Below the pieces are notes generated by a model. That model saw only the letters and a program-made list of their open reading frames with translations, did no database searches and was not told where the DNA came from. A DNA stretch of 51,914 bases from Octopus bimaculoides (Eukaryota). The position numbers and the translations under genes were made by a program. Where the stretch lies: contig NC_068997.1 of assembly GCF_001194135.2 (NCBI RefSeq), positions 48,674,022 to 48,725,935 on the forward strand, read 5' to 3'. Within the stretch, counting starts at the first letter, position 1; each line of letters starts with the position of its first letter. This document shows positions 38,343-46,851 of the stretch, in pieces.

Positions 38343-38631
38343 TTTGTATCTGTGTTTGTATCCCATCTCCGCTTGACAACCGGTGATGTGTTTACGTCCC
38401 CGTAAGTTAGCGATTCGGCCAGCCGATATATAGATAAAATATGTATCGGCCTTGTAATCTGCAATGAAATATAAGTAATGGGCGTGATTCGTTCGACTAA
38501 AACCCTGAAACCCTAAAATATCAATAAACAACATAGACCAAAACAAAACAAACTGACCGACTGACCACGAAAGAAACGATAATGAACAGGGTATTACACT
38601 TACCGTCTTTTCTATCGTTTGACATGGCCAT
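6797..38631 (-). CDS. PIK3AP1-like: Spliced gene model: TIR + DBB adaptor of the BCAP/BANK1/Dof family (span includes introns; exons listed separately)
   Basis: Four large exons with GT-AG sites join in frame (phases 1, 0, 1). The translation resembles, from memory of the family, the BCAP N-terminal TIR (DILIVYSPDAEEWCQYL ~ [17 protein letters not shown]; VVVLLS ~ VKVIILS) and the start of DBB (VVQPDRIRCGAETTVYVIV ~ [17 protein letters not shown]). Family-level call only, not an orthology assignment. Confidence 0.72.
7743..8221. mobile_element. Tc1/mariner-superfamily (Tc2/pogo-like) MITE
   Basis: TIRs CCGTAAATCATCGAGTATA / TATACTCGAGGGTTTACGG with TA on both sides; no ORF. Confidence 0.72.
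8260..8322 (-). CDS. 63-nt exon ([21 protein letters not shown], phase 0 to 0)
   Basis: tttctttctttccag|ACT...AGT|gtaagt; only phase 0 is open. Confidence 0.68.
8979..8992 (-). CDS. 14-nt micro-exon (ELEK, phase 1 to 0)
   Basis: tttttcttttctcttttttattcag|CTGAATTAGAAAAA|gtaagt; very long pyrimidine tract. Confidence 0.6.
9527..9718 (-). mobile_element. SINE family A, 5' half
   Basis: Reverse complement of the family A head. Confidence 0.85.
9730..9973 (-). mobile_element. tRNA-derived SINE, family D (V-SINE-like core and tail)
   Basis: A box TGGCTTAGTGG, B box GGTTTCGATTCC, core ttgagcaaaacactt...ctccagtccactcagctg, GATGGACTGG..CCCGTCCAG. Head fragment also at ~36440-36486. Confidence 0.8.
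10569..10797. repeat. Diverged foldback with ~70-bp inverted termini
   Basis: aaaagtaatgtt...atggaacgacgttac...ttaacc / ggttaa...gtaacgtcgttccat...aacattactttt. Confidence 0.75.
11770..12385 (+). mobile_element. RTE-clade LINE 3' fragment
   Basis: [11 protein letters not shown]...[13 protein letters not shown]...YGSE, then [11 protein letters not shown]. Confidence 0.85.
12434..12459 (-). CDS. 26-nt micro-exon (frame ambiguous: KCIATQII or SASRRRSS)
   Basis: ttctttatattcgttttag|CAAGTGCATCGCGACGCAGATCATCA|gtaagt. Confidence 0.52.
14055..14073 (-). CDS. Candidate 19-nt micro-exon (VRGFL if entered in phase 1)
   Basis: cttctaatttttccag|TAGTTCGTGGGTTTCTTAG|gtaatt; begins with TAG, so it is a stop if entered in phase 0. 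Confidence 0.35.
14295..14700 (-). mobile_element. SINE family C, full length
   Basis: Reverse complement of the same two modules around a microsatellite. Confidence 0.85.
15470..15733 (+). mobile_element. SINE family A, 3' part (5' part in the gap)
   Basis: Near-identical to 45925-46195. Confidence 0.85.
15907..15926 (-). CDS. 20-nt micro-exon (GRANTL if entered in phase 1)
   Basis: atctgtttcag|GTGGCCGGGCTAACACTCTA|gtaagt. Confidence 0.52.
16362..16798 (-). mobile_element. Tandem pair of SINE family B (Deu/Nin-like central domain)
   Basis: Two copies of ttctgagttcaaattccgccgaggttgactttg...catcctttcggggtcgat...agtaccag. Confidence 0.85.
16805..16993. repeat. Long imperfect hairpin, 4-nt loop
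   Basis: About 77-bp arms with 14 mismatches, counted by hand. Confidence 0.85.
17153..17180 (-). CDS. 28-nt micro-exon (DYMNCQSRI, phase 0 to 1)
   Basis: tctgtttctcttttaaag|GAT TAT ATG AAC...A|gtaagt. Confidence 0.58.
17489..17771. repeat. Palindrome with a perfect 36-bp core and 3-nt loop
   Basis: 17591-17626 is the exact reverse complement of 17630-17665; outer arms diverged. Confidence 0.9.
17795..18031 (+). mobile_element. Mariner 5' fragment (TIR + MTETKEQRA)
   Basis: TA|CGAGGGGATACCCAAAAGTAACCGGA followed by a typical mariner N-terminus. Confidence 0.65.
18997..19028 (-). CDS. 32-nt micro-exon ([10 protein letters not shown], phase 1 to 0)
   Basis: tttcttctttttttttcag|...AAT|gtgagt; fits the preceding exon. 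Confidence 0.65.
19516..19673. repeat. 59-bp inverted repeat (1 mismatch), 40-nt spacer
   Basis: 19516-19574 versus 19615-19673. Confidence 0.9.
19985..20053 (-). CDS. 69-nt exon ([22 protein letters not shown], phase 1 to 1)
   Basis: ctatttcttttccag|...CAGT|gtaagc; only the phase-1 frame is open, which is the phase required. Confidence 0.65.
20190..20450 (-). mobile_element. Possible LINE remnant (endonuclease-RT linker)
   Basis: [11 protein letters not shown] and NWPQCLS...KFREFMSVM in broken frames. Confidence 0.35.
20569..20581 (-). CDS. Candidate 13-nt micro-exon (GPGI, phase 0 to 1)
   Basis: tttttttcgtttctag|GGTCCCGGTATAT|gtaagt. Needs an unseen phase 1 to 0 exon upstream to be in frame. 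Confidence 0.5.
20845..21062 (-). mobile_element. Mariner 5' TIR and leader fragment (same family as 31857)
   Basis: Reverse complement starts TA|CGAGGACTGTTCAATAACTATCC and shares the ttgaccttga...ttctagctcacttc leader. Confidence 0.7.
22780..23620 (-). mobile_element. RLE-type LINE 3' half (zinc knuckle + endonuclease)
   Basis: Reverse strand, broken frames: [13 protein letters not shown]...[35 protein letters not shown]; (TAA)n runs at the 3' side. Confidence 0.8.
24320..24511 (-). CDS. PIK3AP1-like: Coding exon, 192 nt, end of DBB-like region ([41 protein letters not shown]...DNILN)
   Basis: ttttttttgttatttag|AA GGT...AAC A|gtaagt; phase 1 to 1; 63 open codons. Confidence 0.82.
24680..25362 (-). 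mobile_element. Three consecutive family B SINEs
   Basis: Repeated gaaaggat..aaag.aaagtcga.ctcg..gga.tt.gaactcagaa units. Confidence 0.8.
25687..25816 (-). CDS. PIK3AP1-like: Coding exon, 130 nt, DBB-like ([43 protein letters not shown])
   Basis: ttttttcttcaaag|GGC...CCG G|gtaagt; phase 0 to 1, matching both neighbours; open frame. Confidence 0.82.
25868..26277 (+). mobile_element. SINE family C (CORE-like) with an internal (TA)/(TG) microsatellite
   Basis: aagaagcttgcttcccaaccacatg...ctgggcaagtgtctt...gaaactgaaagaagcccgtcg-[microsatellite]-...ccagcatgaccgcagtcaaatgactgaaac. Confidence 0.85.
26490..26780 (-). mobile_element. Chimeric SINE: family D core + family A tail
   Basis: ctccagtccactcag core followed by the family A gagaactacgttaaggg...ccgttgatc...gtcgtcgtaaccgacg tail. 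Confidence 0.7.
26860..27815. mobile_element. Cluster of family B SINEs (two minus, ~26860-27385; two plus, ~27410-27815)
   Basis: Same core in both orientations. Confidence 0.75.
28545..28885 (+). mobile_element. Non-autonomous Helentron/HINE-like element
   Basis: aagtttcatccgaat...(CAAA)n...AACAATACCTCCGCC-TTAGCGAA-GCCGGATGTAA terminal stem-loop; no ORF. Confidence 0.45.
28986..29443 (-). CDS. PIK3AP1-like: Coding exon, 458 nt: TIR domain, acidic linker with YLHM, start of DBB
   Basis: tttctatttcag|TA AAA ATC...TAC CCG|gtaagt; 152 open codons; contains most of track ORF 28965..29384. Confidence 0.88.
30270..30475 (+). mobile_element. Diverged SINE family A head
   Basis: ggcacatggcctgatggttagagcagc...gctccggcagaagg. 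Confidence 0.6.
31857..32133 (+). mobile_element. Mariner 5' end (TIR + [18 protein letters not shown]), same family as the inverted copy next to it
   Basis: TA|CGTGGTTTGATCAATAAGTATCCGG TIR-like start; leader similar to the reverse complement of 32500-32660. Confidence 0.8.
32124..32665 (-). mobile_element. Mariner 5' half (HTH region through KFVPKLL), second family
   Basis: ORF 32126..32779 C-terminal part: WFRRFEDGR...SGRP...[10 protein letters not shown]...[15 protein letters not shown]. Confidence 0.88.
32690..33805 (+). mobile_element. Decayed mariner (DD34D-type) transposase copy
   Basis: Broken frames give SAKWMPKCL (WVPxxL motif), VTKNETW..HYDP, QDN and [10 protein letters not shown]; many stops and frameshifts. 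Confidence 0.9.
33870..33960. repeat. Short hairpin with a 28-bp stem
   Basis: attgcagaaa.. tacgttaccggccagc / gctggccggtaacgta.. tttctgcaat. Confidence 0.85.
34455..34865 (+). mobile_element. Tandem pair of family B SINEs
   Basis: ggcggtgagctagc... and gctagatggcagaatcgttagc... heads with the shared core. Further single copies near 7440, 22600, 28010, 29780 and 30130. Confidence 0.78.
37351..37591. repeat. Foldback/MITE-like element with 26-bp perfect terminal repeats
   Basis: TACATTGCTAGAAATAAGAGCTAAAC / GTTTAGCTCTTATTTCTAGCAATGTA, plus inner atatgcactaaca / tgttagtgcatat. Confidence 0.8.
38604..38631 (-). CDS. PIK3AP1-like: First coding exon (MAMSNDRKD + phase 1); whole exon 38604-38654
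   Basis: Minus strand: ttctacag|TGATTTAGGGATACAACGACGAAATGGCCATG...GACG|gtaagt. In-frame TAG upstream of the ATG; phase-1 end matches the next exon (G+TA = Val). Confidence 0.7.
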
Positions 38632-39257
38632 TTCGTCGTTGTATCCCTAAATCACTGTAGAACATATAAGTGTTTTCGTTTGCGAAATTATTTATTTCAC
38701 AGAGGAAATATCTTCTGAGTCTGTAGCAATCTGTATAAAATATCCAGTGTTATTCAACATAGTACCTGTAACGATAATAATTAACATGTTTTTCCACTTT
38801 TTAATGGTATTTACCCGTGACGTCACTTGTTTTCTTCAAAGAAAAGAAAATTGGGTTTTTCCTTGTCTACATCATTCATACACAAGTACGTACACGCACA
38901 CCTACACACTCGCACAAGCACAAATGAATAACACCCTTACATATGCATTCACGTCGGCATGGCCCTCACTAACACCAAATTTATCCGAAATTCCCCTTTT
39001 CATGCACCATAGACATATAACTATAGATTAGATAATGTAACTAAAGATTAGATAATATAATGCTATAGAGATTTGGGAAAAAACATGAACCTGCTGAAGT
39101 AGAACACAAGTATTAAAAAGAATAACACCATACATAGATTCACACGCATTGAAGTTCTCATCACATGTACGTCAGCATGACTCCTTCTCTCTCTCTCTCC
39201 GTCTCTATCCTTCTCGCTCACTCTCTCTCTCTCCCTCCCTCTCTCTCTCTCTCTCGC

Positions 39258-39329
<72 letters not shown>

Positions 39330-39912
39330 CCTACCTACTTGCATGATGCCAGCTTTCATGCAGAAAACGCAAGCTTTCTGATTAGGTAAAGATTGATCAA
39401 AATTTAAACCTCAGTAACAATTTTCTGCAATTTTTTCTGGAACAAGTATATAACAAAATCGGATTTAACGTGGAAAATTATTTCAATATACCAAATATGG
39501 AAACTTAGACGCAATTCTAAAATCGTACAATATGTGACACCAACAGGGAAGACCCTACAAAAGTAGAGAAACAGGTAGTGATAGGACGTCTCACACGCAC
39601 ACACACTAGACTATCTACATACTAGACTATCTACAACATAAATATATACATCAAAATACACAGATGCATACGTACAGACAATATACGTATATAGGGATAT
39701 ATTTGTAAGGCATAAATACATGCACGAATACACATGTATACATATACATATATATACGCAATCATGTTCGTATACGAAGATTATTCAGCGTTCGAACAGG
39801 CAAGAGTAACTTAAATTTATGGATGGAGGTAGTAAGGGTTGAGAAGGGTAACGTATAGATAAAAAGAGGTTACTAATGCAGAAAGGGAGAAAGTATGGTT
39901 TTCGTGAAGAAA

Positions 39913-39944
<32 letters not shown>

Positions 39945-40177
39945 AAAAATTGCTGAGTGTATAATAGCAAAAATTGGGCAAAATACATTAAAAAAAGAAT
40001 CCCATATATCGAACCATCCATAAAAACGGTTAAATTTGTTTGCAAAATATCTTAAAATAAATGAAAATAAAATAAAATAAAGTAAAATAAAATAAAAAAA
40101 CATACACAAACATACATATATGTATACATACGTACAATGCGTACAAGCATTCATGCATATATACATGCAATACAGGC

Positions 40178-40247
<70 letters not shown>

Positions 40248-40594
40248 ACAGGGAATGTAGTGGAACCTGTAGTACCCTACTTTGGGATTAAAAGCTACAC
40301 CAACCATCTCGTCCTTCCCATCAAGAATAAGAACTAAATATTAATATAAGTATTCAATAGCTTACAATATTCCAATATGGTGCTAATCGCTTCAGTGATC
40401 TGCAGGATGTACATATGGAGGTGTTAAAAAAAAAAATAACAAAAGAAAAAAACGGAAACATGATAATATTTGATATAGCACTAGCGGGGTTATCTAAGTA
40501 TATACATGCAATTTGCCATACGGAGTTCTTTCCCTTAAATTATTTCGTTTAATATATGTATATATGTATATTTAATTGTAAAGTAATGAGCATA

Positions 40595-40885
40595 TCTACA
40601 CTGATACATACATACATACATACATACATACATACATACATACATACATACATACATGGAGATTCATACATACATACATACATACATACATACATGGAGA
40701 TTCATACATACATACATACATACATACATACATGGAGATTCATACATACATACATATATACATACATACATGCATGCAGATNNNNNNNNNNCATGGAGAT
40801 TCATACATACATACATACATACATACATACATGGAGATTCATACATACATACATATATACATACATACATGCATGCAGATTCATA
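40595..40885. repeat. Minisatellite of CATGGAGATT + (CATA)n units
   Basis: Five catggagatt anchors separated by (CATA)n; includes a 10-N gap. Confidence 0.8.
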
Positions 40886-41244
40886 CATACGTGCATACAA
40901 ATATGCAGACATGCAGACAGAAAAGCAGGTAGACAGACAAGACCGGTTATCTTTGTTAGGGACAGATAAAAAAATATGTACAAAGGTTTTTCAGAAAGGT
41001 AAGGCAACCAGCTAACATAAACAACGTTACAGCTACAATCTGTCGGTGGAAGAGCAAAGTTTAAAATGTGAACTCACTTTGTTATCTGCATTCCATACAT
41101 GTCGCATAGTATCTTTGTTTGCAACCAGCTCTTTATTTACGAGAAGACTTTAAACTTGTTAAAAATAGAAGTGAACATACATACATACATGTATACGTGC
41201 ACGCAAGCATAAACACATGCTGCATACATACTAACATATTCTAT

Positions 41245-41715
41245 TTCCTAAAACGAAGGTGGGAGAGGTATGCAGTGATANNNNNNNNNNNNNNNNNNNN
41301 NNNNNNNNNNNNNNNNNNNNNNNNNNNNNNNNNNNNNNNNNNNNNNNNNNNNNNNNNNNNNNNNNNNNNNNNNNNNNNNNATATATATGGAAGATACTGG
41401 AAGGACTGGTACCAAACTTTGGAATAAGGAGCTATACCAGACCACGAACGGGATGGCACTGTGCTGTCCCCATTGTACCGACTGTTTCATCTCGGACAAG
41501 GACGATGTACCGCAATAGCTTAGGTTTCAAGGACCCACAGCTGTTTAACTGCCTACCGAAGTATCTGAAGAGCCTCCATGGAGTGGATGTAGACGTTTCC
41601 AAACGTGAACTTGACCTCTAGCTCGCCGAGATCCCGGATGAGCCAATATCGAGGCAAGAAACTCAAAAGAGGGCAGTAATATCGAACTCCATCCTTCACC
41701 AAAAGCCGCTCCGAT
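41245..41715 (+). mobile_element. L2/CR1-group LINE 3' fragment split by a gap
   Basis: RRWERYAVI...WKILEGLVPN...PQLFNCLPK...LD..L.EIPDEP. Confidence 0.7.
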
Positions 41716-42714
41716 AAAGGTGGAAAGTGGAAAGGTGATCACAATGGCGGTGCTCCAGCATGGCCACAGTCATTGGGCTGAAACATATAGCAGAATAAAA
41801 GAATACATACATACATACGCATACTTATATTTATACATACGTACAAGCATTTATGCATATATACATGCATGCAGGCGTATATATATATATATATATATAT
41901 ACATGCATGCACGTATACATACATAATGCATACATGCATATGCATTCATATTTACATACATACATGCATACATGCATGCATACAGGCGTACATACAAGCA
42001 TACGTAATCCATACGGGCGTACATACATGCATACATACATGCATATATACAGGCGTACATACATATATNNNNNNNNNNNNNNNNNNNNNNNNNNNNNNNN
42101 NNNNNNNNNNNNNNNNNNNNNNNNNNNNNNNNNNNNNNNNNNNNNNNNNNNNNNNNNNNNNNNNNNNNNNNNNNNNNNNNNNNNNNNNNNNNNNNNNNNN
42201 NNNNNNNNNNNNNNNNNNNNNNNNNNNNNNNNNNNNNNNNNNNNNNNNNNNNNNNNNNNNNNNNNNNNNNNNNNNNNNNNNNNNNNNNNNNNNNNNNNNN
42301 NNNNNNNNNNNNNNNNNNNNNNNNNNNNNNNNNNNNNNNNNNNNNNNNNNNNNNNNNNNGTATGTATGTATGTATGTATGTATGTATTATGTATGTATGT
42401 ATGTATGCATGTATGTATGTATTATGTATGTATGTATGTATGTATGTGTGTAGATTTGTATTTTTTGTTTTGTGCACGTATTTTCATGCATATACTAGCA
42501 TGTCTGGACAGGCTCACATATACTTGATAAACGAATGGAAAATTTTATCTGTATGTATGTGTATGTATTTATGTATGTATATATGTATGCATGTGTATGT
42601 ATGTATATATATGTGTGCGTGCGCATGTATATACGTGTGTATGTATGCATGTTTGTATGTATGTGTATGTATGTATGTGTTTATGTATGTATGTGCGTAT
42701 GTATGTATATATGT

Positions 42715-43185
42715 CTTTCAGTTATTGTCTTTTACTTATATCAGGCCTTTGTCCACGGCCATGCTGGGGGCAAGCCTTGAAGAACTTTTGTTGAATGAAT
42801 CCAACCCAATCTTTGTTTTTAACCACCTACTTATTCTATCGGTCTCTTTGGAAGAACCTCTAAATTACGGGGACGTAAACACATTAACACTGGTTGTGAA
42901 GCGGGTTTCACACACACACACAGACACACACAAACACACACACACACACACAAACACACACGCAAGTACACGCACATGCACGCACAGATCTACATATACA
43001 GAAGCACGCACATGTATATATTTATATATGTAACATGCTTCTTTCAGTTTCCGTCCACTAAATTCACTCACAAGGCTTTGGACGGCCCAAGGCTATAGTT
43101 GAAGACACATGGCCAATGTGCCACGCAACGAAAGTGAACTTGGAATCATGTGGGTGGGAAGCGAATCTCTTATCTCACAGCGACG
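42715..43185 (-). mobile_element. SINE family C, diverged full length
   Basis: Same modules. Half copies at ~60-265, 3330-3490, 10205-10372, 11320-11520, 31290-31495 and 38335-38520. Confidence 0.75.
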
Positions 43186-43329
43186 CTGTGTATGTATGTA
43201 TGTATGTATGTATGTATGTATGTATGTATGTATGTATGCATGCATGCATGTATGTATGTATGTATGCATGTATGTATGTATGTATGCATGTATGCATGTA
43301 TGTCTCTTCTATTTTTTAATCATTATAAA

Positions 43330-44190
43330 TCTTCCACAGCTCCATTTTGGGATGTAGTTAACATAAACAAATTCACATTTGGAACTTGAGAAAAGTCTTG
43401 CATATTTTTACTCTCCCACTCACAGACTGGACTTGTAATGTACGAATCAGCCAGTCAGTTTCTCTTTCTGAAAATCACAGTTTATCCAGATTCTCCTTTA
43501 AACATTTACTAACAAAACCTAATGCTCCAATTATTATTGGTATGAATATGAATTCAGAGTCTGGATATAGACGCTGGAGGTTTCGAAGCAGTTGTCCATA
43601 GATATCCTCTTTTTCTTTGATTTTCAAAGAGATATTTATATCTGCAAGGCAGCTGACCTCTATGATGGTACATACCTTTTCCCCTCTGTCCCTAACAACA
43701 ATATCCGGCCTGTTATGCTTTCGTTTGACAGAAGTTTTGATGGGAATATTCCACCAGTATTTCTGGAGATGGTGTTTATAAATATCCTTTTGAACATGCA
43801 TGTCAATTGGTTTCTATAAAATGCCAGCTTCTTGTACCAATATCCAACTATTAGGTCCCTTCTAGGTGCCTTCCCATTCTGCTGTTTGCCTACTGCTATA
43901 GCGAAGGTTTCTGCATCAATTGTGTATGTTTTACTGTCAGTGTTGATGCAGTATTCTCTCTCAATTGTATTTAACCATGATGCATTCAGGTGGAAATCCC
44001 TATTTTCGTTCCAGAATGATTGTAGATATTCGGAGGGAGCTTTCTTAGTGGTAATATTTTTCCTTCCTCATCTCTCTGTACAACGCTTGTGGGTTGGAAG
44101 CAAACTTGTGATTGATACTGGCTCACTCAAAAATTCGCATGCGATAGCGGAGTTTCTCTCTCATTGTCCTCGATTTATGTTTTAGAGTGA
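43330..44190 (-). mobile_element. Internally deleted RLE-type LINE
   Basis: Pre-RT segment (KAPRRDLIVGYWYKKL) joins directly to the RLE (YWWNIPIKT...NRPDIVVRD...IIEVSC). Confidence 0.8.
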
Positions 44191-45084
44191 CTAGCTTTCA
44201 CTCAAGAGCTCGGTGTGAAGAGTTACCATAAAAATTTCGTTAACGTTTGTATGTATGCATGTATGTACGTACGTACATACGTACGTACGTATTTACCTAC
44301 GTACGTATGTATGTATGTATGTATGTATGTATGTATGTATGTATTATGTATGTGTGCATGTATGCAGGTACATATGAATGTTACATATTAAACTTCATTC
44401 TCTGCTGACATGTTGTCGCCATAATGTCTTTTTGTGTTAGCTGGCTGCCTTACTTTTTTGAAAACCTTTGTATATATTTTTTGTTATTTGTCCCAAATAA
44501 AGATAACCTGTATCGTCTGTCTATCTGCCAGTTTGTCTGCATGTATGTCTGTATGCCTGTCCGTCTGTATGTATGAATGTGTATGTATGTATATGTGTGC
44601 ATGTATGTACGCACGTATGTACGTATGTATGTACGTATGTATGTATGCATGTGTGTATGTATGGATGTATGTATGAATGTGTATGTATATATGCATGTAT
44701 GTATCTATGTATGTATATATATGTATGTATGTGTGTGTATACGTTAGTATGTATGTAGTATGTGTCTATGAATGCATGTGTGCATGTATGTATGGATGGA
44801 TGGATGGATGTATGGAGGTGTGTATGTATATATGTACGTGTGTATCAATGCATTTATGTATGTACGTACATATGTATATATGTATGTGTGTATGTATGTA
44901 TGTATGTGCGTATGTATGTACGTATGTATGCGTGTATGTATGCATGTTTGTGTGTATGTATGTATATATGTATGTATGTATATTCATCTCTATTTTTAAT
45001 AAGTCTAAAGTCTTCCTGTAAATAAAGCATGTAGATAGCAAATGACATTTTGAACTTCAATCTACCGCTGACAGATTGTCGCCG

Positions 45085-45720
45085 TAATGTTCCAAGGTGC
45101 AACCAAGAATATAGACTGTCGTATTTCCGTGGAAGATATCCCCGATGTGATTAGCAGCTGCTCAAAAATGTCATCAAGGTACCACCTCCCTATGCAACAT
45201 GGCGGTGTTCCAAAAACAATATGTAATGCCATTCGGAAAAAATAAAGACTGCCTCGGAATAAATGTAGAGAATCGTCTTGTTATTGAATGCGTAGGCAAA
45301 TATCAACACAAAGAATACTGGTGGAACATTCCCATCGAAATTTCTGTCAAGTGTAAATATAACAGGCCGAATATTGTTGTTGAGACAGATAAGATAAAGT
45401 AAATACCATCATAGAGACCTGCTATCCTGCAGATGCGAATATCTCTGAAAATCGAAGAGAAAGAGGATGACTCAAGACAGCTGCTTCGAAATCTCCAGCT
45501 TCTATGGCCGGTTTACAAATTTACATTTGTAGCAATAATAATAGGAGCGCTTGGTATTGTAAGTAAATGCCTAACTGTCAGTCTGGATAAACATGGATTT
45601 TCAGAAAAAGAAATTAACCAACTGATTCGCACATTACAAATACGATCTCGAAGCAGGACACTAAGACTATGCAAAATTTTTCTCAGGCTTAAAATGTGAC
45701 ATTGTTTTCGTTAAATACAT
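45085..45720 (+). mobile_element. RLE-type LINE 3' end (same family as 43330-44190)
   Basis: VISSCSKMSSRY, EYWWNIPIEIS...NRPNIVV, IIIGALGIVSKCL. Confidence 0.8.
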
Positions 45721-45828
45721 TCCAAAGATGGAGATCTGTATATTTGTTAGAAACTAGCTGCTTTAGAGGAAGGATTTAAATGATTAAATACAGCAGTGAC
45801 ATACATACATACATACATACATAGTGAC

Positions 45829-46198
45829 AGTGGAGGCGCAATGGCCCAGTGGTTAGGGCAGCGGACTCGCGGTTTCGATTCCCAGACCGAGCGTTGAGTG
45901 TTTATTGAGCGAAAACACCCAAAGCTCCACGAGGCTCCGGCAGGGGATGGTGGCGAACCCTGCTGTACTCTTTCACCACAACTTTCTCTCACTCTTACTT
46001 CCTGTTTCTGTTGTGCCTGTAATTCAAAGGGCCAGCCTTGTCACACTGTGTCACGCTGAATATCCCCGAGAACTACGTTAAGGGTACACGTATCTGTGAG
46101 GTGCTCAGCCACTTGCACGTTAATTTCACGAGCAGGCTGTTCCGTTGATCGGATCAACTGGAACCCTCGACGTCGTAAGCGACGGAGTGCCAACAACA
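45829..46198 (+). mobile_element. Full-length tRNA-derived SINE, family A, with 10-bp TSD
   Basis: A box TGGCCCAGTGG, B box GGTTTCGATTCC, (CAA)n tail; ACATAGTGAC at 45819-45828 and 46199-46208. Confidence 0.9.
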
Positions 46199-46724
46199 AC
46201 ATAGTGACTGAAGAGCCGGCTGATGGAAAGAAGGGAGTGTGGGGGTATGCCTAACAGCTTCTGATAACCAAAGCTGTACTGTCTGAGGTAAAAAAGCCAC
46301 AAAAAAAAAACGTATCGTAGGAGCCTTGCAACAGTATGGTTTGATTACAGGAAGGCATTTGATTCTATTCCCCACGCATAGCTGTTGGAGTGTCTCCATT
46401 TAGCAAAAATGCCTGCTACCTTAATTTCTTCCATTGAAAGGCTCACAAAGACCTGTACCACAATCCTCACATTTAGAACAGGCAGTGGAACAATCGTTTC
46501 CAATTCCATAAAGATTTCAAAGGGAATATTCCAGGGAGATAGGGTCTCTCTACTTCTGTTCATTTTGGCGTTAAACCCATTATATTTTCATTCCTGCTAT
46601 AAAAAACAAATGGCTACATGCTAGGGTGTGCAACATCAAGAGATATTAATGTAACCCATAATTTTTTTGTGAATGACCTTAAGATCTATGCTAACAATGT
46701 TAGCAATGCCAAAAAAACAACTGG

Positions 46725-46851
46725 AATTAATAACATTTTCAGCTGACATAGAAATAGAATTTGTCCAGAAGAAATGTTCTTATTTCAATTAATAACATTT
46801 TCAGCTGACATAGAAATAGAATTTGTCCAGAAGAAATGTTCTTATTTCAAT
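46725..46851 (+). repeat. Perfect 62-bp tandem duplication inside a LINE
   Basis: aattaataacattttcagctgac...cttatttc occurs twice, period 62. Confidence 0.9.

Noticed and set aside
40735-40885. Duplicated sequence either side of a 10-N gap
   Set aside because: Likely an unmerged contig overlap, so the unit count is unreliable.
45829-45900. tRNA-like A/B boxes as tRNA genes (also 9660-9718, 9900-9973, 49980-50045)
   Set aside because: They continue into SINE bodies and do not form a full cloverleaf.
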